From: Deltaproteobacteria bacterium
Lineage (GTDB): Bacteria; Myxococcota; Kuafuiibacteriia; Kuafuiibacteriales; Kuafuiibacteriaceae
NCBI GenBank assembly: GCA_040218735.1
Contig: JAVJQW010000022.1
Span: 64,001 to 128,000 of the forward strand
Direction: 5' to 3'
DNA: 64,000 nt
Shown here in pieces: positions 20,419 to 31,199 of this stretch. Both the position numbers and the translations under genes were made by a program. Under the pieces are notes generated by a model, which worked only from the letters and a program-made list of their open reading frames with translations, did not search any database and was not told the DNA's origin. Each line of letters begins with the position of its first letter. Position 1 is the first letter of the stretch.

Positions 20419-21234
20419 ATGAAGCGCTTCGAGGATCGCATCGTCTGGATCACCGGCGGAGGCACCGGCCTCGGCCGAGGCCTCGCGGAGGAGCTCGCGC
20501 GCCGCGGCGCGACGGTCGCGGTCTCGGGGCGCCGTCGTGAGCCGCTCGACGAGGTGGTGCAGGCGATCGAAGCCGCGGGCGGCAAGGCGATCGCGGTGGA
20601 GTGCGACGTCACGGACGAAGCCTCGGTGCGCGAGGCGGTCGAAACGGTGACGAAGACCCTCGGCGGGTTGGACGTCGCGATCGCCAACGCGGGCGTGAGC
20701 GTCAGCGGGAAGATCGAGAAGGTGCCAGCCGAGCAGTGGCGGCGGCAGATGGAGATCAACGTCGTGGGCCTGACCACGACCGTGCGCGAGGCGCTCCCGT
20801 ACTTGTACGAGCGCGGCGGGCAGGTCGTCTTGATCGGCAGCGTCGCGGGGATGATCGCGGCGCCCGGCTTCGCGCCGTACCACGCGTCGAAGTACGCGGT
20901 GCGGGCGATCGGACAGTGCCTCGCGATCGAGCTGCACGGCACGGGCGTGACGTGCACGACGATCCACCCCGGCTTCGTGGAGAGTGAGATCGCGAAGGTC
21001 GACAACGCCGGCGTCTATCACCCCGACCGCGCCGACACGCGCCCCGCGAAGCTGATGTGGAAGACGGACCGCGCCGCGAAGGTGATGGTGGACGCGATCG
21101 GCGCCCGCAAACGCGAGTTCACGTTCACGGGCCACGGAAAGTTCGGCGCGTTCGTCGGGAGGCACGCGCCGGGCCTCGCGCACCTGGTGATGACGCGCGC
21201 GGCGAAGAAGCTGCGACCGCCGCGGTCGAGCTGA
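20419..21234 (+). CDS. SDR-family oxidoreductase
   Basis: TGGGTGLG, ANAG, YHASK. Confidence 0.95.
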   Translation: MKRFEDRIVWITGGGTGLGRGLAEELARRGATVAVSGRRREPLDEVVQAIEAAGGKAIAVECDVTDEASVREAVETVTKTLGGLDVAIANAGVSVSGKIEKVPAEQWRRQMEINVVGLTTTVREALPYLYERGGQVVLIGSVAGMIAAPGFAPYHASKYAVRAIGQCLAIELHGTGVTCTTIHPGFVESEIAKVDNAGVYHPDRADTRPAKLMWKTDRAAKVMVDAIGARKREFTFTGHGKFGAFVGRHAPGLAHLVMTRAAKKLRPPRSS

Positions 21235-21280
21235 GTTCGGGCCCGAGAGGGCTGGGGCTGCGCTGACTTCGTCAGCGTGA

Positions 21281-21904
21281 CTAGATCGACCGGCAGCAGC
21301 GGAACCCGATCTCCGTGTTCGCTTCGTTCGGGGGGGCGTTCGGGAAGGCGTCGACGCAGCGGTGGGTCTGCGAGCTCTGCGGGCCTCCGCCGCGGGCGGC
21401 GGCGGAGCCCATCGAGCCGCCCGTCCACTCGTAGACGTTGCCGCTCTGGTCGTAGGTCATCGAGAGGGCCTTGCAGGTCTCGCGGAGGCCGGTGGGCTCG
21501 ATGCCCATGTTCATCGTGTTGCAGCGGGTCGCGTCGAGCGTGTCGCCGTAGACGTACGTGTTGCCGCCGTCGCCAGGGACGCCATCGCAGGCGTCGACCC
21601 ACTCGTCGAGCGCGCAGAGGCGTTTGCCGCTGCGTTCACACGCGGAGCGGGCGCCGGACCAGTTGATGTCGGTCCACGGGACGCGATCGGGGAGCGAGCG
21701 GGCGCGGCCGTCGTCCATCAGGCCGGCGGTGTCGCGGTCGGCGTCTTCGCGCGAGGCCTCGTAGACGTCGATGCAGTAGCGCGCGCCGTCGCTCCGATCG
21801 AGACAGACCTCTTCATCCGGGACCTCGACGGTCGGCGTGTCCGAGCACCCGACCATCAAGAGTCCGACCATCGAGAGTACGACCCACAGCCCTCGCCACG
21901 ACAT
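21281..21904 (-). CDS. FGE-sulfatase (SUMF1-like) domain lipoprotein
   Basis: Lipobox LMVGC; CIDVYE, GKRLC..EW..AC, DQSGNVYEW, IGFRCC. Confidence 0.88.
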   Translation of the reverse strand: MSWRGLWVVLSMVGLLMVGCSDTPTVEVPDEEVCLDRSDGARYCIDVYEASREDADRDTAGLMDDGRARSLPDRVPWTDINWSGARSACERSGKRLCALDEWVDACDGVPGDGGNTYVYGDTLDATRCNTMNMGIEPTGLRETCKALSMTYDQSGNVYEWTGGSMGSAAARGGGPQSSQTHRCVDAFPNAPPNEANTEIGFRCCRSI

Positions 21905-21979
21905 GTCGACCCCTTCTACTACGGCCCGCGCCGCGCTCGGCTGGAATCTTCGGTCGGGCGGGCCTAAGCTGTCCGCCAG

Positions 21980-22417
21980 ATGGACGTCCCGGTCGAGCGC
22001 CTGATCGCCCAGTCGAAGATCTTCGCGCGGCTCGACGAGGAGGGCCGGCAGCGCCTCTCCCGCATCGCGACCCAGGAAGACTACGCGGCGGGCGACGTCA
22101 TCCTCCGTGAAGGCGAGCCCGGCGACGCCTTCTACTACGTCCTCGCCGGCGAGGTCGCCGTCGACGCCGCGAGCTTCGACGCGCAGGACAAACGCCTCGC
22201 CACCCTCGGCGCCGGCCACGTGTTCGGCGAGATCGCCTCGCTCACCCGCGAGCCGCGCACCGCGACGATCACCGCGGAGGTCGACACGCGCTGCCTGCGC
22301 TTCGAGATGGTGAGTGTCTTCGCCGTCCTGAAGGACTACCCGGACGCGCTCGCGGATCTGAACCGCCTCGGCCTCGCGCGCACCGAGGATCTATTGAACA
22401 AGATGAACGACGGGTAG
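21980..22417 (+). CDS. Stand-alone cyclic nucleotide-binding domain protein
   Basis: REGEPGDAFYYVLAGEV, VFGEIASLTREPRTATI. Confidence 0.92.
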   Translation: MDVPVERLIAQSKIFARLDEEGRQRLSRIATQEDYAAGDVILREGEPGDAFYYVLAGEVAVDAASFDAQDKRLATLGAGHVFGEIASLTREPRTATITAEVDTRCLRFEMVSVFAVLKDYPDALADLNRLGLARTEDLLNKMNDG

Positions 22418-22529
22418 GCCGGCGGTGGAGCTCGCTGTGTGAGCCATGAACGCTCGCGCCACGTCAGGGGGACGGTTCGCTCGATGGTCTGCACAGGTGC
22501 CTAACTCTAAGGCGATGGCCGGCGTGGCG

Positions 22530-22695
22530 AGCGAGCGCTGGGATGAGAGGCGCAATTGCACCGCGCTCGATCGCGATCTCGATCGCATCGGCGAGCGCCT
22601 CGGGGCCGTATCGAGCTGCCGGTTGAGGTAGCCGGTCTGCGGTCGAATCGGCACGTCGCGTTCGAGCAGCGCCTGCAGAAACGGTTGGGGGAGTG
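22530..22695 (-). pseudogene. Possible frameshifted IS21-family transposase (IstA) C-terminal remnant
   Basis: PFLQALLERDVPIRPQTGYLNRQLD, frameshift, YGPEALADAIEIAIERGA; resembles IstA C-termini as recalled. Confidence 0.4.
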
Positions 22696-22898
22696 CCACG
22701 TCGTTGCGAAAATCGCTGCGGAGGAAGCCAGGCAACTCGCCAGCGGAAGCGGCTGGTCCTAGCGCGTGCCGGATCTCGTCGAAGGTTAAACTTGTCGACG
22801 TTATTGCGGCCGACGAGAACGTTGAGTCCAGAACGCAAATCCAGCCAGCAGTCGCTCATATTCCGGAAGTTTTCAACGACGACGGACGATAGATGCAC
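22695..22898 (-). pseudogene. Truncated, frameshifted OLD-family/AAA_15 ATPase N-terminus
   Basis: RBS gagga plus GTG; VHLSSVVVENFRN..LRSGLNVLVGRNNVDK (Walker A G to D), frameshift, DEIRHALGPAASAGE..DF, then lost. Confidence 0.65.
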
Positions 22899-23205
22899 GT
22901 CGCCTTCCTCTTTAACGATCTCACAGGTGGTACCCGATCGGTCAACGACCAACCCGCGCGATGCCCTCGTCACCAGCGAGCGCAACCGCCAAGACCGATC
23001 GGATCCGGAGGCGGGGAAAGCTGCTCTCGTCCATTCGACCAAGGCTGCACCCTCCACGATGGAGGTGCTTCGCCAGGTCCGCGGCAAATGACCTGACGAC
23101 GTCGCTTGGATTCCTTGGACGGCGAGCTGCGGTGTCGGGCTTTGAAACTCCTTCCGAGCGCAGGCCGAATCCGGTCCGCCTCGACGAACGTGAGGTCAGG
23201 GCTGT

Positions 23206-24873
23206 TCACGCCCCTGCGCCTACCAGTCGTGCCGTCGCCGAGTCCGCACATAGCACGGCCAAACGGGTCCTTGCCCGCGTCGTGGCGACATACAGGTCAC
23301 GCCGGTCCAAAGGTGGTCCAGTCGGCTCAGGAGCATCGATCAGCACCACAGCGTCGGCCTCCAACCCTTTGAATGATCTCACGGTGCTGAACATGACGGT
23401 AGTGTCGTTCCACTCTGCCAGCTCGGTGACGAGGCTCAGGTTGTGGCCTTTGCGTGCGGAGGCCATCGAGGACTTCTCGAGTGTGAACGGTGAGAGTATC
23501 GCCACACGCACTCCACGACCGGCCCAGCTCGCGGCATGCCGCCAGGCAGCTTTCGCCATCGCCCGCCGGTCGGCAATGTGCTCGACGACGGTGTCAACGC
23601 CCTCCGGCAGCCCGGGCATCGGCTTGACGTGCTCGTCCAGGACTCGGTTACCAGTCTCATTGATCCGCACCGTGTTTCGGCAGTTGTGAAGGAGCGAGAA
23701 GACCACCTCCGCTCCCACGGCCTCGCGAACGCGGCGGTCGTAGAGGTCCTGCCGGTCGTCGGAGCAGTACACGAATGTGCCGCCGGGGCGGACGAGATTT
23801 CGCGCTGCCCAGAGGCGGTACTCGCCGAAGTCTTGCCCCTCGTCGACAATGAGCGCATCCACGGCAAGCTTGTTCGAGCCTCGTGTCTCGACGAGGTCGA
23901 TTACGAGCCCGGGGAGCGTTTCGCTGTAGTACTCGTCCATCTCGCGCTTGGGCACTGACGGCCTGGGACCGACCAACCGAGCAAAGTAGCTGTCCGCGTG
24001 CCAGATGTGCTCGGCGAGATCCGAATTCTGCAGCCGCAGGTGGGTCGCGAGCATCTTGTTGAAGCAGAGGAACAAGGCCTGCTCGCCCTGTTCCACCAGA
24101 GCGCGCAGCCGCCAAACGGCGAGCACGGTCTTGCCGGAGCCGGCTGGGCCGGTCACAGCGACACTCGGGTGAAGGAAAATACCCCGGAGAGCTGCGTGTT
24201 GCTGGCGAGTCAGGACCTCGATGGTGTCTCGGTCTTCGACCACGTCCTCCAAGGAATCGGCCGGCCCGATCTCGAGAGGGTGGTTCATCAGCACTTCGCC
24301 GATCTCTGATGATTTGTCTCCGTTCAGAGGCTGGCGATTCTCCATCGTACCGCGCGCATTCAACGCGCTGCGAATCGATTTCGCCAACCCGGGCAGCTGC
24401 CTTCGGAGCACGATTGTGGAGGCGTCGAACGTGTTGAACCCTCCGTTCGTGATCTCGCCTTGTGGGTAGACCACGACGTAGCCGAATGGCCATGGGAACG
24501 CTTTCCAACCCATTCGGTGACAGGCGAGGCGCGTGATCTCGTGGACGTTCGATGTTGCTTGCTCAGGCGGCGTTCTTGGTGTGATTGCGGTCCATGCTAT
24601 GCCGTCATGACTTCGGTACCAACACCCGTCGGAGCCCACGCGCACATGCTTGGAACCTTTCACCTCCACAACACAGAGGCCAAAGCCAGGCGCAATGACC
24701 ACGAAATCGGCCTGTCCATCTCGAACCCACGTCCGGCCATTTGGACTGGTGCTCCGCGTGGTCCAGTTCACGTTCGAGAGGACTACCCAGTCGGCCGGTG
24801 CCTGCTGCTGGAGCTCATTGTAGACGACGCGCTCGGACCGGTTAGCGGGGATTGGACCCAAGATCCGCGGCAC
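23206..24873 (-). CDS. NERD nuclease fused to SF1 (UvrD-like) helicase
   Basis: QADFVVIAPGFGLCVVEVKG; GPAGSGKT; IVDEGQD; HNCRNT; SFKGLEAD; LYVATTRAR. Confidence 0.92.
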   Translation of the reverse strand: MPRILGPIPANRSERVVYNELQQQAPADWVVLSNVNWTTRSTSPNGRTWVRDGQADFVVIAPGFGLCVVEVKGSKHVRVGSDGCWYRSHDGIAWTAITPRTPPEQATSNVHEITRLACHRMGWKAFPWPFGYVVVYPQGEITNGGFNTFDASTIVLRRQLPGLAKSIRSALNARGTMENRQPLNGDKSSEIGEVLMNHPLEIGPADSLEDVVEDRDTIEVLTRQQHAALRGIFLHPSVAVTGPAGSGKTVLAVWRLRALVEQGEQALFLCFNKMLATHLRLQNSDLAEHIWHADSYFARLVGPRPSVPKREMDEYYSETLPGLVIDLVETRGSNKLAVDALIVDEGQDFGEYRLWAARNLVRPGGTFVYCSDDRQDLYDRRVREAVGAEVVFSLLHNCRNTVRINETGNRVLDEHVKPMPGLPEGVDTVVEHIADRRAMAKAAWRHAASWAGRGVRVAILSPFTLEKSSMASARKGHNLSLVTELAEWNDTTVMFSTVRSFKGLEADAVVLIDAPEPTGPPLDRRDLYVATTRARTRLAVLCADSATARLVGAGA

Positions 24874-24875
24874 GA

Positions 24876-27800
24876 TTACGCTCCCCCGGTCGGCGAAATA
24901 GCTTCAGCGAGGACTCTGTAGCGGGAGAACGCTGATGGCTCGATGAACTCTCGTGCTTCGATCACTCGGACGCGGTTGGGCACCTGACCCTTCTTCAGCA
25001 GAACAACGAGTCCGTCGTCGCGACGTGCCAAGTATGTCCCTTGAGCAAACGTACCGTCGAACGGCTGTTCATGCACTCTACGGAAGGTGCGGGCCCTGCG
25101 CTCAAAGGTCTCGCCTTTGGGCACGTCCCACGGCTCGGCCGGCGAGGTGGCACTTTTCACCGACAGCCTCGGAAGCGCGAGTCGCTGCTGTTGAACCCAT
25201 GACATCCGACGTTCCAGATTGAAGGTGTCTACGAGATGAACTCGGTCGACGCCTGCCGACTCTGCAAGTGTCGTCACCTCTTGCAGTGGATTGAGCCGGC
25301 CTGGCGAGATGCCCCAGAGGGGGTGTACAGCTGCGAACATGACGCCGGGTCGGTTGGCTTCGGTCCACGCGAGTGGCCCCTCATCTCGGTCCACGCCGAT
25401 GGCCTCGAGGTTTGAGTGGACTGCCTCCATCCGCTGCACCAGCGTCCGTGCTCGCGGACGCCAACGCCGTAGGATCGAAGATCCCGATGACAGTTCCCCT
25501 GAGCCGGGAACGAAGTCAGCGTCCGAGAATGTCGCGAGCAGGTCCAAGCCGAGAGCGTAATCGAGGAGTGGGTGGATGAAGCGGTTCTGGAACCCGCGAA
25601 GTAGCCCATCCGGGTCGCTCTGCCGTGGTGGCTTGCGCAGCTCCTCGGCGAGAGCATCGCCGAGAATGCTCTTCCCGTTCGGGGCGAGCAACAGCCCTTG
25701 CAGTACCCGTTCCCAGTGATCGCGTACCCAACGAACCAGGCCAGCTCCGTTGGGATGCTCATCAGCCAGGTAGAGCTCGGTGCCGCGGGCATTGTGGCTG
25801 AAGACGACGTGGAGTGAAGCGATCTCGATTCCCGTTGAGTCCACGTCGAGCTCGAGCGCTACCGCGCGTTGCAACAACGTTGCCGCCGAAAACCACGCGG
25901 CCCGGCACGCAGCCAGTCTGGGGCCGCTGTCGGGATCCGCGAACCTCAAGCCGTCTCGTTCGAGCGCACGAATGGCAAGAACATCGGTGGTCTTCGGGGC
26001 GACGATTGCGAGTCGACGGGTCGTGTCGTTTCCTCCAGAGCGGGGAACGAGACGCCAAAGGTGTCCCTCAGCTCCGGAGCTCGAACGAGCTCTCAGCCAA
26101 TGCTCCTGGCCGTTCCGGCTCACTGCAAACCCGGGAATTGCATGCATCTCGAACAGGCCACGCCCGCCGGGTGTACTCAGCCTGAACACTTCAGCCGTGT
26201 CGCTGAAGCCGATCTCGACGGAACCGTTCTGATTGTAGTCAGCACCATCCAGCCGAGGGGAGGTGACGAACGCGTGAGCATTATGACCAGGTGTCCGTTG
26301 GTTTCCGCCACGCGTGACAGATCGGTCCATCCGCAAGTCCGTCACGAAACCGCGTGGCGCTACAGCGATGAACGCGCGAGTGTTCGTTGAGCCGCAGGAC
26401 GTACACTCGGCACCCTCATGCTCTTGGAATGGGCTGTCCACGCACCACCAATCCGGAAGGTCGTTCTGGTGCTCCACCATGTCGTCGGAGAGTAGGGAGC
26501 TCGAGAAGTGCTTGCGCTCTGTCGTCCTGCAATCTTCGCAGAGCAGGACCCGGAATGTGGCGCCGATGGGACGGGTTCCCGCAATCCACGACCTCTGACC
26601 TTTGTACTCGTGTTCCTGAACGCGCTCGACGAAGCCCACGGTATGGAGCTCGCGCTTGTCCCAGGTCCGCACGGCGCCAGGAGCGAAAGCCGCGACGGCC
26701 TGGTCGAAGTTACGATCCATCGAGCGGCCTTCTCCGCCACCGTCCGTGGCGCGGCGAAGGTCGTAGTAGAGATTCCGAACGCTCGTCGGCATCCCATACA
26801 TCGGAAGCAGCCCCACCTCTGCGAGTCGTCCGGCCAGGTTCGGGTCGACCAGCTCAGGGTCCTCGACTGCTTTCTCGATTCGGGTGCGTAGCGTCGCGGC
26901 GACCGCGGCGAGGGAGTGTGCGTCGTGGTCCGTACCCCTGGCGATCACCGAGGCCACGCGTTCGACTTCTGCGTGGTTTTCGTCGAGCCACGACGCGAGC
27001 GCTTCTGCGTCGCTTGGAGTCCACTGCTCGACTGTTCCGAACTCGCCGTGAGGATCCGGCTGGGCATCGAAGTCTACCCATGAGCGTCCCAAGTCGCGGA
27101 AGAACTGGCGCAAGACCTCCTTGGCGACCAGCCGATCGGCGAGAATGGCTTGTTCCTCTCCGGTGGCGACGGCGGGCTGCGGTGGGGCTCCTCCAGTCAT
27201 TTCGTTCGGGTGGAGGAAGTGAACAAGGTCGTGCGTCTGGGCCCGGCAGTAGGTAAGTGCTGCAGAGTACCGCTGCCCCTTTCGTCCGGCGCGGCCGACG
27301 CGCTGCTGGTAGTTGAAGCGCTCTGGAGGCATGTTGGCCTGGAAGACCGACTGCAGCGACCCGATGTCGACCCCGACCTCCATCGTGGTCGTGACCGACA
27401 GCAGGTCGATTTCGTCGACTGGAGGCAGCGCTGCCCGCTCGTGGATGTCGTCCACCTGTTCGTTGGAGAAGAAGATGCGACGGAAGAAGCGTTGGCGTTG
27501 GCCCGGGTCGTCGGTCTGGCCGCTCAACTCCTCGCAGTGCAGTCGGAATGCAGTGTCGACCCTCTTCGACTCGCTCGCATAGTAGTGGGTGTCCGCAATC
27601 GACTCTGCGGTGTGAGCGGCGCTCGGGTCCGCGGGGAGATCGTTCAGGCACCGAGTGCACACCCCACCGGAGCGATGCCAATGGGTCTGTCTGCACTGGG
27701 TACAGATCCAAGGCCTCTGTTCGGGTTTCATCGGGCGGACCCAGGTGTGTGTGAGGCTTATGATTCCCCAAGTGCCATCTCCGTCTGGGTGCCCGTGCCC

Positions 27801-30800
27801 AGCGTCGATGAGGTTCTTACGCACATCATCCCGAAGGGAGGTGGTCGGCACGCGGTGGATGGCGGCCACGCGCTCGAGATATCGCCACACGCGCGACTTG
27901 CCTCGCCCTGTGGTCTTCTCGCTCGGATGATCTGCTCGCCAAGCCTGCAAGGTTCTGCCGAAACGGTTCGGATCGGTTTGGTTCTCTTCGGTCAACAAGC
28001 GAAGCACCGCGTTGGTCACCTCTTCGATGCCGGGGCCAGCGAGACTCGTCGGATAGTGGGCGCAACTACCCGGTTGGAGGCACAGGTGACCCACTCCCTG
28101 TGCGTCGAGGTCATAGAGCAGGCGTCCGGAGACCGCCCGCCAGGTAGCCATTCGCGTGCGTGCCCCGAGCTGCTGGAGTGAATCGATTTCCACGTTGGTG
28201 AGCGGTGGCGTCTGTCGCACACCGGGCAGCGGTTGGCTCCAGTCGAAGAGCGTTGTCCAGTCCGCGTCGCCGTTGTCGTTGCGCACCGTCCGGTCCTCGA
28301 GCGATGGTCCCGCCGGACATACGCCTAGACCGAGCATCCGCTCCCAGACGCTGGACATGCCACCCGTCGGTTGTGGAGGGGAGACGAGGTCGGTGAGTCG
28401 TACGGCAGAGGACCTGGCCAAGATGCGAGCTCGTTCCTTTTCTTCGAGCTCTTCCTCCTCGAGTTCAGTGAAGAGGTTCTTGAGCTCCTGCAGACCCTTC
28501 TTCGGCAGGTCAGCTCCTGACTTCGACACGATCTTCTCGACATCGCTTCTCGAGGCTATCTCGCCGCGGTCGAACGCTTCGACGACGCGTCCCTTCCAGG
28601 CGTCGATACTCTCCGCGTCCCCTCTCCGCAGTGCGTCGAACAGGAACACGCGGAACAAGTGCTCCCATTGCTCGATCTCCACTCCGGCGGAGAGTTTGGC
28701 TGCTCCTTCGCGACTGTCGGAGAAGGCGACCAGCTTGGTTTCGTTCGACCCACCCGATGTCACTCGTAGCTCGGACATCAAGTGCTTCGACAGGAGGTGG
28801 GACATCCTGAGAATACCGGTGGCAAATCCTCGAATGGGTGATTGTCGACCACCGCCTCGCTCGGAGTAGTCGGTTCCGCAGTGGGGGCACCGCTGTGGCA
28901 ATGCCGGAAACTTCTTGGGCACGGCCCCGTCCGCCTTCAGGGACGCACCGAGTTCGAACCAGAGGCACGGCAACGATTGCTCGTCCGGCGGATCGCCGCC
29001 GAGAAGTACGTAGCCGGTCTGGGGGTGAATCCATGCATTCACCCATTCGGCGTGCCGGAAGTGGGACGCACGGCCGAAGTCGCCCTTCGTTCGCTCGAAA
29101 CTGCCTTGCGCCCACTTCATGTGGCGCCTCTCCGGCGCCTCTCCGGCACGAAGCCAGACCACACCAAAGTCCGGGTAAGGCTGCTCGTAGGATTGGGTGT
29201 CGACGAAATCCTCGGGCAGTCCGTCGATACTGGACGTGGCGAGCGACAACTCGAATGCCTCAGGCCGCTGCGTCTGTCCCCAGCCTGGGATACCTCCGAC
29301 GTCGCCGGTCGCCTCGTGATGAACGGCTGTCTTCTGGCCCGAGAGGAACTGCGTGCCGCAGCACTCGCAGTAAAGCACCTCGAGCAGTCGCCCTTGGTCG
29401 TGCCACGCATCCGGCTTGGGACTGAGCGTGCCGACGGCGCGCTTCGGATCCTCTGGGAGCAGGCCAGGCAGCGCCCAAAGTCCCGAGATGTTTCGGACCA
29501 TCCAGTGGAAGCGGATCCGGGGTGCATCGATCCGGCCCCAACGTGTCTCGGGGTTCATTGGATAAACGCGTGACAGCGCCATCAGGAGGCCGCGCAGTGC
29601 GGTTCGACTGTCCGGCTGTTTCGGAAAGAGCGAGCCTTCGATCTCTGTCAGGGGGCGCGCTGTCGGGACTCCGTCCTTTGCGAACGCGGCGAGGATGCTC
29701 GCCGGCAGCTCATCTTCACCAGCCAGTGCTTGCAGTGCTCCATCGATGACATCTTGAGGAGCATTCACCCCCGCAGACCCAAGTGCGATGCAGGCTTCGA
29801 AGGTGGTAGGCGAGAGCTCGGCCGACCCCTTTGGCTTCCAGAGAGGGTCACCCGTTTCGACGTGGAAGGTGTCCCGTACGTTCTCGGCGGAGAGACCGAA
29901 GAAGCCACCCAGATAGTTCAACGTCTCGTCCGTTCCCTCGCTGAGAGAGGCAGACGAAGCCAAGATTCGAAACTGCGGATGATCGGGTGCCAAGCCCAAA
30001 CGATCGAGCAGAATTCGAACAAGGTACGCGACCTCCGTGCCTGCCGATCCTCGGTAGAGGTGCAACTCGTCGACGACGAGCTGGAAGACGTTACGCTCGT
30101 CGGCTTCGAGCCACTGGCGTGTCTTCCGGAAGATGTCGGAGTCGGCCTGGTCTCTACTGACCGACCGGGCTCGATTCCGCATCAACATGATGGATAGCAT
30201 GCTGACGTTCGTGATGAGGATGTCGGGTGGGTCAACCTGCATCTCCCACCGATGGAACATCTCTGCGGCGTTCGGGTCGATCTTCTGGACGAAGGTTGCC
30301 AGCTCAATCGCATGTTCGACGGCCTCCTTCGCAGTCGCCTCCTCGGACGTGCCTTTGGCCTCGTCGTACCGTCGACGTGCTTCGTCGAGTTGTCGTTGTG
30401 CGCCCGAATGCGCCTTCTGAGCATCTTGGAAGGCACGCTTGAGAGCATCACGCTTCGACTGGTTGGCGCGCCCCTTCCGCTCGAACGGGTGACCGGGCAC
30501 CGGGGTCTTGCCGATGAAGCGGCCGAATCGGATGCGGTTGTCCCCCAAGTGAGCGCGAAGAGCCTCATGGGCGCGATCGGAATCGAGGGCCTCTCGGAGC
30601 CGAGTCAGCTGATCTTCGACGAGAGCGTTCATCGGGTACAGAACGAGGGCACGGACGGCCGGAGTGCGCTCTTCACTACGTTTGGCTGCGCGGCGGTAGT
30701 CCCATGTGAATCGGTTCGGGTCGCGGCCCGTGGGGTTGCTCGGCCATGGCTTCGCGGTCTGGGCTGCCGGCCACGCCCGACAGGCTTCTTCGACGATTGT

Positions 30801-31199
30801 GGCGAACATGGGCAGGAGAAACGACTCGGTCTTCCCGGACCCGGTACCTGTCACCACGACGCAGTGCTTTCCCGATAGCGACCGTTCGAGGAGCTTTTGC
30901 TGGTGGGTGTAGAGTGGGTATCCGTTCTTGAACAGCCCTGCGCGCATGAGACTCACGAACGTCTCCCGAGCCTGCGCGGCTAGTCCCGGAATGTCCGCCG
31001 GCTCCAGTTGCTCAAGCCTTTTGCCGGACCGGTACTCCGGTTGTGGCTCGAGATAAGCCTCCTGGAAGAGGTTCCCAGGTTCGAGGAGCAATTCTCGCCG
31101 CTCGTTTTCAAAGGTCGGCGAGTTCGTTCCGAACGCGCTCGTGATGTAAAGGCGGATGCTCTTTTGGATCGACTCGTACACGCCAATGGGGTCGTTCAT
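24876..31199 (-). CDS. druE: Giant SF2 DEAD/DEAH helicase with DUF1998-like C-terminus; Druantia DruE-like (2107 aa)
   Basis: [79 protein letters not shown]; ATGA overlap with the upstream gene. Symbol inferred from size and context. Confidence 0.85.
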   Translation of the reverse strand: MNDPIGVYESIQKSIRLYITSAFGTNSPTFENERRELLLEPGNLFQEAYLEPQPEYRSGKRLEQLEPADIPGLAAQARETFVSLMRAGLFKNGYPLYTHQQKLLERSLSGKHCVVVTGTGSGKTESFLLPMFATIVEEACRAWPAAQTAKPWPSNPTGRDPNRFTWDYRRAAKRSEERTPAVRALVLYPMNALVEDQLTRLREALDSDRAHEALRAHLGDNRIRFGRFIGKTPVPGHPFERKGRANQSKRDALKRAFQDAQKAHSGAQRQLDEARRRYDEAKGTSEEATAKEAVEHAIELATFVQKIDPNAAEMFHRWEMQVDPPDILITNVSMLSIMLMRNRARSVSRDQADSDIFRKTRQWLEADERNVFQLVVDELHLYRGSAGTEVAYLVRILLDRLGLAPDHPQFRILASSASLSEGTDETLNYLGGFFGLSAENVRDTFHVETGDPLWKPKGSAELSPTTFEACIALGSAGVNAPQDVIDGALQALAGEDELPASILAAFAKDGVPTARPLTEIEGSLFPKQPDSRTALRGLLMALSRVYPMNPETRWGRIDAPRIRFHWMVRNISGLWALPGLLPEDPKRAVGTLSPKPDAWHDQGRLLEVLYCECCGTQFLSGQKTAVHHEATGDVGGIPGWGQTQRPEAFELSLATSSIDGLPEDFVDTQSYEQPYPDFGVVWLRAGEAPERRHMKWAQGSFERTKGDFGRASHFRHAEWVNAWIHPQTGYVLLGGDPPDEQSLPCLWFELGASLKADGAVPKKFPALPQRCPHCGTDYSERGGGRQSPIRGFATGILRMSHLLSKHLMSELRVTSGGSNETKLVAFSDSREGAAKLSAGVEIEQWEHLFRVFLFDALRRGDAESIDAWKGRVVEAFDRGEIASRSDVEKIVSKSGADLPKKGLQELKNLFTELEEEELEEKERARILARSSAVRLTDLVSPPQPTGGMSSVWERMLGLGVCPAGPSLEDRTVRNDNGDADWTTLFDWSQPLPGVRQTPPLTNVEIDSLQQLGARTRMATWRAVSGRLLYDLDAQGVGHLCLQPGSCAHYPTSLAGPGIEEVTNAVLRLLTEENQTDPNRFGRTLQAWRADHPSEKTTGRGKSRVWRYLERVAAIHRVPTTSLRDDVRKNLIDAGHGHPDGDGTWGIISLTHTWVRPMKPEQRPWICTQCRQTHWHRSGGVCTRCLNDLPADPSAAHTAESIADTHYYASESKRVDTAFRLHCEELSGQTDDPGQRQRFFRRIFFSNEQVDDIHERAALPPVDEIDLLSVTTTMEVGVDIGSLQSVFQANMPPERFNYQQRVGRAGRKGQRYSAALTYCRAQTHDLVHFLHPNEMTGGAPPQPAVATGEEQAILADRLVAKEVLRQFFRDLGRSWVDFDAQPDPHGEFGTVEQWTPSDAEALASWLDENHAEVERVASVIARGTDHDAHSLAAVAATLRTRIEKAVEDPELVDPNLAGRLAEVGLLPMYGMPTSVRNLYYDLRRATDGGGEGRSMDRNFDQAVAAFAPGAVRTWDKRELHTVGFVERVQEHEYKGQRSWIAGTRPIGATFRVLLCEDCRTTERKHFSSSLLSDDMVEHQNDLPDWWCVDSPFQEHEGAECTSCGSTNTRAFIAVAPRGFVTDLRMDRSVTRGGNQRTPGHNAHAFVTSPRLDGADYNQNGSVEIGFSDTAEVFRLSTPGGRGLFEMHAIPGFAVSRNGQEHWLRARSSSGAEGHLWRLVPRSGGNDTTRRLAIVAPKTTDVLAIRALERDGLRFADPDSGPRLAACRAAWFSAATLLQRAVALELDVDSTGIEIASLHVVFSHNARGTELYLADEHPNGAGLVRWVRDHWERVLQGLLLAPNGKSILGDALAEELRKPPRQSDPDGLLRGFQNRFIHPLLDYALGLDLLATFSDADFVPGSGELSSGSSILRRWRPRARTLVQRMEAVHSNLEAIGVDRDEGPLAWTEANRPGVMFAAVHPLWGISPGRLNPLQEVTTLAESAGVDRVHLVDTFNLERRMSWVQQQRLALPRLSVKSATSPAEPWDVPKGETFERRARTFRRVHEQPFDGTFAQGTYLARRDDGLVVLLKKGQVPNRVRVIEAREFIEPSAFSRYRVLAEAISPTGGA

